This document shows positions 9,675 to 20,463 of a stretch of 41,338 nt of DNA, piece after piece; the stretch's first letter is position 1; every line of letters begins with the position of its first letter. Location: assembly GCA_032718475.1 (NCBI GenBank), contig JAUCBJ010001342.1, positions 1 to 41,338 on the forward strand, written 5' to 3'. This stretch comes from Nemertoderma westbladi. Its lineage: Eukaryota > Animalia > Xenacoelomorpha. The position numbers were made by a program, and so were the translations under genes. The notes under the pieces are model-generated. The model searched no databases and was not told where the DNA came from. It worked only from the letters and a program-made list of their open reading frames with translations.

Positions 9675-10799
9675 ATGGCCTCAATTCCAACTGGACCCGA
9701 CAGCGGATTCGTGAGCGGTGGCGTTAATCTGTCCGAGAACGTCCGTGGACAGCCATTCGAGGTGGGACCCAAATACGTCAACCTACAATACATTGGGGAA
9801 GGAGCTTATGGCATGGTCGTCTCGGCGCACAACAGCGAGACGGGACAACGAGTGGCCATTAAAAAGATTAGTCCGTTCGAGCATCAGACCTACTGCCAAC
9901 GGACACTTCGAGAAATTAAAATATTAACGCGATTTAAACACGAAAATATCATTAACATCCAGGACATAGTCCGTCCTTCCTCAAAGGAGCTTATGAAAGA
10001 TGTTTATATCGTTCAGTGTCTTATGGAGACCGATCTGTATAAGCTTCTTAAAACGCAACAATTGAGCAACGATCATGTTTGCTATTTCCTTTACCAGATT
10101 CTGCGAGGATTAAAGTACATCCACTCTGCAAACGTAATCCATCGGGACCTCAAGCCGAGCAACCTTCTCCTCAACACTACCTGCGACCTAAAGATCTGCG
10201 ACTTCGGATTGGCCAGGGTGGCAGACCCCAACCACGACCACACAGGTTTCCTTACAGAGTACGTGGCCACTCGCTGGTACCGTGCCCCCGAGATCATGCT
10301 CAACTCAAAGGGATATACCCGTAGCATCGACGTATGGTCAGTGGGTTGCATCCTTGCCGAGATGCTCTCGAACAGACCCCTATTCCCCGGCAAACACTAC
10401 TTAGATCAGTTGAATCACATTCTAAACATCCTGGGTTCCCCGTCACAAGAAGATCTAAATTCCATCAAGAATGAGAAAGCCCGCAGCTACCTGCAGGGGT
10501 TGCCCTTCAAGCAGAAAGTCCCGTTCAGTCGGCTCTTCCCCAAAGCCAGTCCAGCAGCGCTCGACATCCTCGAGAAGATGTTGACCTTCAACCCAAAGAA
10601 TCGCATCGACGTTATGGAGGCTTTAACCCATCCCTATGTCGAGCAGTACTATGAGCCTGCGGATGAACCTGTGGCTGAGAAACCATTTACCTTTGACGTG
10701 GAGTTAGATGACGACCCCAAAGAAACTATAAAGGATTATATTTACGAAGAGATTATTACTCTACCTGCGCGAATGGCTATGGGTACGGGGATGGTGTAA
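9675..10799 (+). CDS. ERK: Mitogen-activated protein kinase ERK1/2, single coding exon, 374 aa
   Basis: [39 protein letters not shown], activation loop [22 protein letters not shown] motif and CD domain [20 protein letters not shown] is the invertebrate-type hinge. The ORF is uninterrupted. Confidence 0.98.
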   Translation: MASIPTGPDSGFVSGGVNLSENVRGQPFEVGPKYVNLQYIGEGAYGMVVSAHNSETGQRVAIKKISPFEHQTYCQRTLREIKILTRFKHENIINIQDIVRPSSKELMKDVYIVQCLMETDLYKLLKTQQLSNDHVCYFLYQILRGLKYIHSANVIHRDLKPSNLLLNTTCDLKICDFGLARVADPNHDHTGFLTEYVATRWYRAPEIMLNSKGYTRSIDVWSVGCILAEMLSNRPLFPGKHYLDQLNHILNILGSPSQEDLNSIKNEKARSYLQGLPFKQKVPFSRLFPKASPAALDILEKMLTFNPKNRIDVMEALTHPYVEQYYEPADEPVAEKPFTFDVELDDDPKETIKDYIYEEIITLPARMAMGTGMV

Positions 10800-10815
10800 C
10801 CTATATCATATAGGC

Positions 10816-11737
10816 ATATACGTGTACCGGTATTGGTTGTGTATATATACGTGTACGTACCGGTACCGGTATTGGACTGATTGTGTATATATACTTACGT
10901 CTACTGGTTGTGTATATATACGTGTACCGGTACCGGTGCTGTACTGATTTTGTATATATATACGTGTACCGGTACTGTACTGGTTGTGTATATATACGTG
11001 AATGTGTTATGGTACCGGTACTGTACTGGTTGTGTATATATACGTATACTGGTTGTGTATATATACGTGTACCGGTACCGGTATTGGACTGATTGCGTAT
11101 ATATACGTGTACTGGTTGTGTATATATACGTGTACTGGTTGTGTATATATACGTGTACTGGTTGTGTATATATACGTGTACCGGTACCGGTATTGGACTG
11201 GTTGTGTGTATATACGTGTACTGGTTGTGTATATATACGTTTACCGGTACCGGTATTGGACTGGTTGTGTATATATACGTGTACTGGTTGTGTATATATA
11301 CGTGTACTGATTGTGTATATATACGTGTACTGGTTGTGTATATATACGTGTACTGGTTGTGTATATATACGTTTACCGGTACCGGTATTGGACTGGTTGT
11401 GTATATATACGTGTACTGGTTGTGTATATATACGTGTACTGGTTGTGTATATATATACGTGTACCAGTACCGGTGCTGTACTGATTGTGTATATACGTGT
11501 ACCGGTACTGTACTGGTTGTGTATATATACGTGTACTGGTTTTGTATGTATATATACATGTTCCGGCACTGTACCGGTTGTTTATATATATACGTGTACC
11601 GGTACTTTACCGGTTGTGTATGTATATGCGGTATATATACGTATACCGGTACTGTTTGTGTATCTTTATATGAGTACTGGTTACCGTTAACAACCTTTAT
11701 ATTAGCGTATGTATGTATATATACATACCGGTACCGG
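10816..11737. repeat. 23-bp minisatellite (ACTGGTTGTGTATATATACGTGT)n interspersed with ACCGGTACCGGT palindromes
   Basis: Period of 23 seen at 11111, 11134 and 11157. Begins about 20 nt after the ERK stop and degenerates after ~11540. Confidence 0.95.
10840..11721 (+). promoter_or_regulatory. Putative array of about 24 Pumilio response elements (UGUAUAUA) in the presumptive ERK 3' UTR
   Basis: Manual count of about 24 TGTATATA on + versus about 2 on -. Function and inclusion in the mRNA are unproven. Confidence 0.4.
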
Positions 11738-12139
11738 CTCTCTGTGAATTAGCTACCAAATCATTTTCGATTACATTAATGTGCTAAAAACATATAATTC
11801 GCGTCGACGTTTTCAATCTCTGGTTGTGATGTTATTTCTTTTCTATAACGTTTACTTCCATATGGCTGTTCTGCACCAACTGTTAAACCAATTATTGTTA
11901 TTTAATTTGTTGCTATAACTCTGCTGATGTTATGATACGTTTGTATTTTAGATATATCGTGTTATGTGATTGTATTATAACGCGGAACCACTTTTTTCTC
12001 TATCTTATTAATTGACAGGTGTGGGCCGGGCCGGTGGGCCATGTTTTAAGATTTCTTAATTTTTTTGATTTTTTTCCCACATGAATATGGAATATTGAAT
12101 AGTTGACGGGTTGTTATTATAATATACTATATTTATACA

Positions 12140-12400
12140 TGTTAGTGGGGCCTTCGCCCAGACTGAAGTAAGCAAGCTTATAATATGGGTACTACTATAC
12201 TCTAACGGGAGTGCTGCGTCCCACGCAAAATATATTCCAGACTATTGTCTACATGTGTACGAAGTTTTGTTTAATTTCATCAAAGCGATTTTTTATTATC
12301 TTTCAAACGTACAGATAGCCCGACAGACACACCGACATAGAGACAGACGTTAAGCTCGCTTACTTCTCTCCCACACATACATTGATATATTATTTATGTA
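12140..12400 (+). mobile_element. Short non-autonomous Helitron/HINE-like element
   Basis: 16-bp inverted repeat GAAGTAAGCAAGCTTA (12165-12180) / TAAGCTCGCTTACTTC (12351-12366), a GACA-type microsatellite remnant just before the second arm, and a small GGGC-cttc-GCCC hairpin at the 5' side. Confidence 0.45.
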
Positions 12401-12750
12401 ACTGTGATCATATTGTTTGGAGGTCGGAAACAAAACAAATAATGTAGGTAGATTGCTATTCATTATGTATGGCATACGGTTTATTATTATTAATATTTTA
12501 TTTTATATATTGTTTGTACTAAAAGCCGTCCATCATATTATTAATTAATTGAATTGGGGATTTCGTTAATAATAAGAACTAACTGAACTTTGTTCGGTAA
12601 ATATTTATTTATTACAGTCAATCGATATCATCTTATTTGCTTTGCTACTTGTTCGATAGTCAGGGTGGGTAGCTGCTGTCATCGCAGCCGTTAGTCTAGA
12701 GAAAATAATTATTTACAAACTGATGCATTGTGCCTTGGCTCTGCAATAGT

Positions 12751-13067
12751 GCAACCACCAGCTACCACCAGCTACCACCAGCTACTACCAGCTACCACCA
12801 GCTACTACCAGCTACCACCAGCTACCACCAGCAACCACCAGCAACCACCAGCTACCACCAGCTACCACCAGCAACCACCAGCTACCACCAGCAACCAGCA
12901 GCTACCACCAGCTACCACCAGCAACCACTAGCTACCACCAGCAATCACCAGCTACCTCCAGCTACCACCAGCAACCACCAGCTACCACCATCTACCACCA
13001 GCAACCACCAGCAACCACCTGCTACCACCAGCAACCACCAGCTACCACCAGCAACCACCAGCTACCA
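12751..13067. repeat. 10-bp tandem repeat (GCWACCACCA)n, about 31 copies
   Basis: Exact 10-nt phase visible across lines. Confidence 0.97.
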
Positions 13068-13449
13068 TTTTCGGACAATTATTCGATTTATTCGATTCGA
13101 GTCTTGCAATGTAATAAATCTGCCCAATAACTCATTGAACTGGAAGGACGCCCCTGGCTGACAACATAAACCAAAGCTAAAGTAAACACTATCTCTCCTT
13201 CATAGACTTATGTCTTCAATATACTACCCAGAGATAGTCAGTCCCAGGCTATACAAAATTAGTTACCTCGGAGCCAGCAGCTGCTACAGAGTATTACATA
13301 ACACAAATCCATTTACTATAACATTGCCTTTCTTTTCATTTCTTTGTTACATTCTCTCTTTTTGTGTAGTATCACGACACTTTAGTTCACAACTAATTTA
13401 TTGTAGATAGATTATAGAACATTAAGCAATTAATACTGTATAATCAGAT

Positions 13450-13578
13450 GGGGGGGGGGGGGGGGGGGTAGGAATAATATAACAATAGGGATGAATACAG
13501 TATAATTAAAAACAAACCAAGACTATACAATATCCACAAGACTTGAAGCAGCCCCCCCCCCCCCCCCCCCCCCCCCCC
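13450..13578. repeat. G19 (13450-13468) and C27 (13552-13578) homopolymers in inverted arrangement
   Basis: Direct count. Confidence 0.9.
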
Positions 13579-14263
13579 TATGCAGTCTCATCAAACCTCT
13601 CGAAATATTGCAGGGGTGAAAAAGTATCACATTGTCCCAATCCAGATCAACTTGGGAGAGACAAAGAGCAACGGTTATTTATTTATTTTTCAGATACATC
13701 GCCAACACTTTCTTCTTTATGCTCATATTAAGTATACCGTAAAAACTCTTTAACCCAGTGGCCCCCTACTGTAAAAAATGTACATACGCCAAATGTCAAT
13801 ATGTGCGCCGCCTCGTCGGATTCCGAGTGGCCCACACCCGCCCAGGTGTGCCCACTGCGGATCTTCCGTAGTAAACCAATTTGGTCAGGTCAAATCCAAA
13901 CATTCACTGGAGATCACCAAATGGGGCGCTATGTGAAGTACCGTGCAGACACGATGAACGTTTGAAAAGAAAATTGTTTGGTTTTGGTTATAATTTGGAA
14001 TATAGGTAGAGGTACCTAAGATGCTATTCTACATGACAGCTCACCAAAATTTTATTTTTCGCTATTTAATATTAGTTAATACTAGTTAACAATAAAAAAA
14101 GCTGAACCTCCAACTTTTGTGTCTCTGGACCCGAAAATTGGGTAAAAGTTATTTTTTGTGCTACCAAACATCGTCTGGACTGTGTAAGAATAACCAATCC
14201 AAATATGTTTAAAATTGGCCCCAAAATGGCTCCGTAATGGCCAAAAGTGCCTTTTTGCGCCAA

Positions 14264-14523
14264 GGGCTATTTCTCCACCTATTGAAATTTGTCGAAATTT
14301 GGAATCGAAGTTCAGAAGAACCCTGCATCTGTGCATCCAATTCTTCTGAACAAATTTTGCCTCAAATGCTCTGGAGCCTTCTTAGAACAAAAAAGGCCCC
14401 AAAACGGGAATCTTTTGGGCTATTTCCAACCAAATTTGTTCAGAAGAAGTATGGAGAAAGGTAATCTTAACAAGTGTACCAAATTTCAACTCTATTTCAG
14501 TTAAAATTGGCGGAGAAATAGCC
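14264..14523. mobile_element. Nested inverted-repeat core of a probable non-autonomous DNA transposon (full extent perhaps ~14.0-15.0 kb)
   Basis: GGCTATTTCTCC...GGAGAAATAGCC, GAAATTTGG...CCAAATTTC and TTCTTCTGAACAAATTT...AAATTTGTTCAGAAGAA are symmetric around ~14395. Termini not identified. Confidence 0.5.
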
Positions 14524-17500
14524 TTTTTCATGAAAAAACGTCATTCTGAGATATGGGTGTTTAAAGTTTAAGGAACAATTCAAACCTTCCCGCTATTTTA
14601 GATAATACCATTTTTCTATGTTCAACAATAACTTTGTCAAAAATGAATGAAATTCAACGAAATTTTTCATGCTTGCTAAACAGATAACACGTAGTAAAAC
14701 AACGTTTTAGCAATTTTATTCATATCTGCACCGTGAGAGCCTTTTTTATGAAAAGGGCATCGTACAATTGTAAAATATAGTGCTGCTCGAAGGCTTGTCA
14801 AAAATCAGACTAGCTCTTACGTTTTGGGTAATAACTTGAGTTTGAGAAAAGATATGAGAAAACTGCTTGCAGATTTGAAATCTCAATTAAATTCGGCTCA
14901 TGATAGAATAAAAGTTTTTTTGTCAATTTCCAAAATAGGGGGGTGCAATAGAAATAGGAGCTAGAAAACACTGAATAGGAGAAAATCGAAAGTCGACGGA
15001 AAAGTGAATATCTGTTATTATTTTACATGGGCGTAGTTCCATGTTTCCGGAGGTATATTCGGGGTGCAGTGTTATAATCAACGTGGTGCTAATTCAGCTC
15101 AAGGGAAGCTGTTAGCAGCCCACGCAGTGGTGCCTGGATGCGGGAGTTCGTAAGCTTAATGTGGTTGTGCTCGACTTGAGTAGCCGCTATTAGCTACTAA
15201 CTAGGCAGCTGTGATCCCCTTAATGATAATCTTTCTGGATATCGAGGGATCATCCATTAAGGTTTCCAGGAAATCAACATGACCTTAGCGACAGGAAGCT
15301 GTGATATATACCGCATCTATTTTCAACACAACACCCGAATATTAATTAGTTTCATTCTCCCAGCTAGCTAACTATCCCGAAGTGCTCAGAGCAAGCTAAC
15401 CTTAATAATAGAACTATAAAGCCTGCCGTAGCACAGAATGAGAGCTTCCCATTTTAATTACTTCCCGTATTATTATTCATTGACTACACACGCGGACTGA
15501 TGCCATAATCCCGCAATTAATTATTTCCAGTTCCTATTAATGTTTTTTTACAGGTTGATTTGGTAACGCCCTTATTTACTCTAAAGATGGACGATGCTGA
15601 ACAATTATCAGACAAACAACTTGAAATTTTCAATCATTAGGGCCCTAAAATACCGCATATCCCGCCATTTGTGGCCCAATGAAATATGATAAACAACGGA
15701 CTGATCAACCCGACGCGTGTTTACTCCTGGTTGGCAGCCTGGTACTGAGCAACCAGACGCGTGTTTACTCCTGGTAGGCAGCCTGGTACTGAGCAACCAG
15801 ACGCGTGTTTACTGGTAGGCAGTCTGGTACTGAGCAACCAGGCGCGTGTTTACTCCTGGTAGGCAGCCTGGTACTGAGCAACCAGACGCGTGTTTACTGG
15901 TAGGCAGACTTGTACTGAGCAACCAGACGCGTGTTTACTGGTAGGCAGTCTGGTACTGAGCAACCAGACGCGTGTTTACTGGTAGGCAGTCTGGTACTGA
16001 GCAACCAGGCGCGTGTTTACTCCTGGTAGGCAGCCTGGTACTGAGCAACCAGACGCGTGTTTACTGGTAGGCAGTCTGGTACTGAGCAACCAGGCGCGTG
16101 TTTACTCCTGGTAGGCAGCCTGGTACTGAGCAACCATGCGCGTGTTTACTGGTAGGCAGCCTGGTACTGAGCAACCAGACGCGTGTTTACTTCTGGTAGG
16201 CAGTCTGGTACTGAGCAGCCAGGCGCTTGTTTACTCCTGGTAGGCAGCCTGGTACTGAGCAACCAGACGCGTGTTTACTGGTAGGCAGCCTGGTACTGAG
16301 CAACCAGATGCGTGTTTACTCCTGGTAGCCAGCCTGGTACTGAGCAACCAGACGCGTGTTTACTGGTAGGCAGTCTGGTACTGAGCAGCCAGGCGCTTGT
16401 TTACTCCTGGTAGGCAGCCTGGTACTGAGCAACCATACGCGTGTTTACTGGTAGGCAGACTGGTACTGAGCAACCAGACGCGTGTTTACTGGTAGGCAGT
16501 CTGGTACTGAGCAACCAGGCGCGTGTTTACTGGTAGGCAGTCTGGTACTGAGCAGCCAGGCGCTTGTTTACTCCTGGTAGGCAGCCTGGTACTGAGCAAC
16601 CATGCGCGTGTTTACTGGTAGGCAGCCTGGTACTGAGCAACCAGACGCGTGTTTACTGGTAGGCAGTCTGGTACTGAGCAGCCAGGCGCTTGTTTACTCC
16701 TGGTAGGCAGCTTGGTACTGAGCAACCATGCGCGTGTTTACTGGTAGGCAGTCTGGTACTGAGCAGCCAGGCGCTTGTTTACTCCTGGTAGGCAGACTGG
16801 TACTGAGCAACCATGCGCGTGTTTACTGGTAGGCAGCCTGGTACTGAGCAACCAGACGCGTGTTTACTGGTAGGCAGTCTGGTACTGAGCAACCAGGCGC
16901 GTGTTTACTGGTAGGCAGTCTGGTACTGAGCAGCCAGGCGCTTGTTACTCCTGGTAGGCAGCCTGGTACTGAGCAACCAGATGCGTGTTTACTGGTAGGC
17001 AGACTTGTACTGAGCAACCAGACGCGTGTTTACTGGTAGGAAACCTGGTACTGAGCAACCAGGCGCGTGTTTACTCCTGGTAGCCAGCCTGGTACTGAGC
17101 AACCAGACGCGTGTTTACTGGTAGGCAGTCTGGTACTGAGCAGCCAGGCGCTTGTTTACTCCTGGTAGGCAGCCTGGTACTGAGCAGCCAGACGCGCGTT
17201 TACTGGTAGGCAGACTTGTACTAAGCAACCAGACGCGTGTTTACTGGTAGGCAGTCTGGTACTGAGCAGCCAGGCGCTTGTTTACTCCTGGTAGGCAGCC
17301 TGGTACTGAGCAACCAGATGCGTGTTTACTGGTAGGCAGACTTGTACTGAGCAACCAGACGCGTGTTTACTGGTAGACAGTCTGGTACTGAGCAACCAGA
17401 TGCGTGTTTACTCCTGGTAGCCAGCCTGGTACTGATCAACCAGACGCGTGTTTACTGGTAGGCAGCCTGGTACTGAGCAACCAGACGCGTGTTTACTGGT

Positions 17501-18915
17501 AGGCAGTCTGGTACTGAGCAGCCAGGCGCTTGTTTACTCCTGGTAGGCAGCCTGGTACTGAGCAACCAGATGCGTGTTTACTCCTGGTAGCCAGCCTGGT
17601 ACTGAGCAACCAGACGCGTGTTTACTGGTAGGCAGTCTGGTACTGAGCAACCAGACGCGTGTTTACTGGTAGGCAGTCTGGTACTGAGCAGCCAGGCGCT
17701 TGTTTACTCCTGGTAGGCAGCCTGGTACTGAGCAACCAGATGCGTGTTTACTCCTGGTAGCCAGCCTGGTACTGATCAACCAGACGCGTGTTTACTCCTG
17801 GTAGGCAGCCTGGTACTGAGCAACCAGACGCGTGTTTACTCCTGGTAGTCAGCCTGGTACTGATCAACCAGGCGCGTGTTTACTCCTGGTAGGCAGCCTG
17901 GTACGGAGCAACCAGACGCGTGTTTACTCCTGGTAGGCATCCTGGTACTGAGCAACCAGATACGTGTTTATTGGTTGGCAGCCTGGCACTGATCATCCAG
18001 ACGCGTGTTTACTGGTAGGCAGTCTGGTACTGATCAGCCAGGCGCTTGTTTACTCCTGGTATCCAGCCTGGTACTGATCAACCAGACGCGTGTTTACTCC
18101 TGGTAGGCAGCCTGGTACTGAGCAGCCAGACGCGTGTTTACTCCTGGTAGCCAGCCTGGTACTGATCAACCAGACGCGTGTTTACTCCTGGTAGGCAGCC
18201 TGGTACTGAGCAACCAGACGCGTGTTTACTCCTGGTAGTCAGCCTGGTACTGATCAACCAGGCGCGTGTTTACTCCTGGTAGGCAGCCTGGTACTGATCA
18301 ACCAGACGAGTGTTTACTCCTGGTAGGCAGCCTGGTACTGAGCAACCAGATGCGTGTTTACTCCTGGTAGCCAGCCTGGTACTGATCAACCAGACGCGTG
18401 TTTACTGGTAGGCAGTCTGGTACTGAGCAACCAGACGCGTGTTTACTGGTAGGCAGTCTGGTACTGAGCAGCCAGGCGCTTGTTTACTCCTGGTAGTCAG
18501 TCTGGTACTGATCAACCAGGCGCGTGTTTACTCCTGGTAGGCAGCCTGGTACGGAGCAACCAGACGCGTGTTTACTCCTGGTAGGCAGCCTGGTACGGAG
18601 CAACCAGACGCGTGTTTACTCCTGGTAGGCATCCTGGTACTGAGCAACCAGATACGTGTTTATTGGTTGGCAGCCTGGCACTGATCATCCAGACGCGTGT
18701 ATACTGGTAGGCAGTCTGGTACTGATCAGCCAGGCGCTTGTTTACTCCTGGTAGCCAGCCTGGTACTGATCAACCAGACGCGTGTTTACTCCTGGTAGCC
18801 AGCCTGGTACTGATCAACCAGACGCGTGTTTACTTCTGGTAGGCAGCCTGGTACTGATCAACCAGACACGTGTTTGCTCCTGGTAGGCAGCCTGGTCCTG
18901 AGCAACCAGACGCGT

Positions 18916-18984
18916 GAGACTAGGCGACCACACAGTACCCAATCACGAAGACGACGAACCGAGACGAAGCGACCACACAGTACC
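18916..18984. repeat. 69-bp satellite B island within satellite A (1 of 5)
   Basis: GAGACTAGGCGACCACACAGTACCCAATCACGAAG...CAGTACC placed between ACGCGT and GTTTAC. Confidence 0.95.
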
Positions 18985-20394
18985 GTTTACTGGTAGGCAG
19001 TCTGGTACTGAGCAACCAGACGCGTGTTTACTGGTAGGCAGCCTGGTACTGAGCAACCAGACGCGTGTTTAGTCCTGGTAGGCAGCCTGGTATTGAGCAA
19101 CCAGACGCGTGTTTACTCCTGGTAGGCAGCCTGGTACTGAGCAACCAGACGCGTGTTTACTGGTAGGCAGTCTGGTAATGAGCAACCAGGCGCGTGTTTA
19201 CTCCTGGTAGGCAGCCTGGTACTGAGCAACCAGACGCGTGTTTACTGGTAGGCAGCCTGGTACTGAGCAACCAGACGCGTGTTTACTCCTGGTAGGCAGC
19301 CTGGTACTGAGCAACCAGGCGCGTGTTTACTGGTAGGCAGCCTGGTACTGAGCAACCAGACGCGTGTTTACTGGTAGGAAAACCTGGTACTGAGCAACCA
19401 GACGCGTGTTTACTCTGGTAGGCAGTCTGGTACTGAGCAGCCAGGCGCGTGTTTACTCCTGGTAGGCAGCCTGGTACTGAGCAACCAGACGCGTGTTTAC
19501 TGGTAGGCAGTCTGGTACTGAGCAACCAGGCGCGTGTTTACTCCTGGTAGGCAGCCTGGTACTGAGCAACCAGACGCGTGTTTACTGGTAGGCAGACTTG
19601 TACTGAGCAACCAGACGCGTGTTTACTGGTAGGCAGTCTGGTACTGAGCAACCGGACGCGTGTTTACTGGTAGGCAGTCTGGTACTGAGCAACCAGGCGC
19701 GTGTTTACTCTTGGTAGGCAGCCTGGTACTGAGCAACCAGACGCGTGTTTACTCCTGGTAGGCAGCCTGGTACTGAGCAACCAGACGCGTGTTTACTCCT
19801 GGTAGGCAGCCTGGTACGGAGCAACCAGACGCGTGTTTACTCCTGGTAGGCATCCTGGTACTGAGCAACCAGATACGTGTTTATTGGTTGGCAGCCTGGC
19901 ACTGATCATCCAGACGCGTGTTTACTGGTAGGCAGTCTGGTACTGATCAGCCAGGCGCTTGTTTACTCCTGGTAGTCAGTCTGGTACTGATCAACCAGGC
20001 GCGTGTTTACTCCTGGTAGGCAGCCTGGTACGGAGCAACCAGACGCGTGTTTACTCCTGGTAGGCAGCCTGGTACGGAGCAACCAGACGCGTGTTTACTC
20101 CTGGTAGGCATCCTGGTACTGAGCAACCAGATACGTGTTTATTGGTTGGCAGCCTGGCACTGATCATCCAGACGCGTGTTTACTGGTAGGCAGTCTGGTA
20201 CTGATCAGCCAGGCGCTTGTTTACTCCTGGTAGCCAGCCTGGTACTGATCAACCAGACGCGTGTTTACTCCTGGTAGCCAGCCTGGTACTGATCAACCAG
20301 ACGCGTGTTTACTTCTGGTAGGCAGCCTGGTACTGATCAACCAGACACGTGTTTGCTCCTGGTAGGCAGCCTGGTCCTGAGCAACCAGACGCGT

Positions 20395-20463
20395 GAGACT
20401 ATGCGACCACACAGTACCCAATCACGAAGACGACGAACCGAGACGAAGCGACCACACAGTACC
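20395..20463. repeat. 69-bp satellite B island (2 of 5)
   Basis: Same sequence with a TATGCG variant, same junctions. Confidence 0.95.

Noticed and set aside
10801-11752. Tyr/Thr/Val-rich ORFs on both strands
   Set aside because: Translations of the 23-bp minisatellite.
12728-13161. PATTS/HQ-repeat ORFs
   Set aside because: A 10-bp repeat cycling through frames, with non-ATG starts.
13750-13770. Second piggyBac end (TTAA-CCC)
   Set aside because: No matching GGG-TTAA end or transposase found downstream.
15587-15640. MDDAEQLSDKQLEIFNH, faintly like a calmodulin/troponin C N-terminus, after a splice-acceptor-like site
   Set aside because: Only 17 codons, in-frame stop, no donor site or EF-hand exons.
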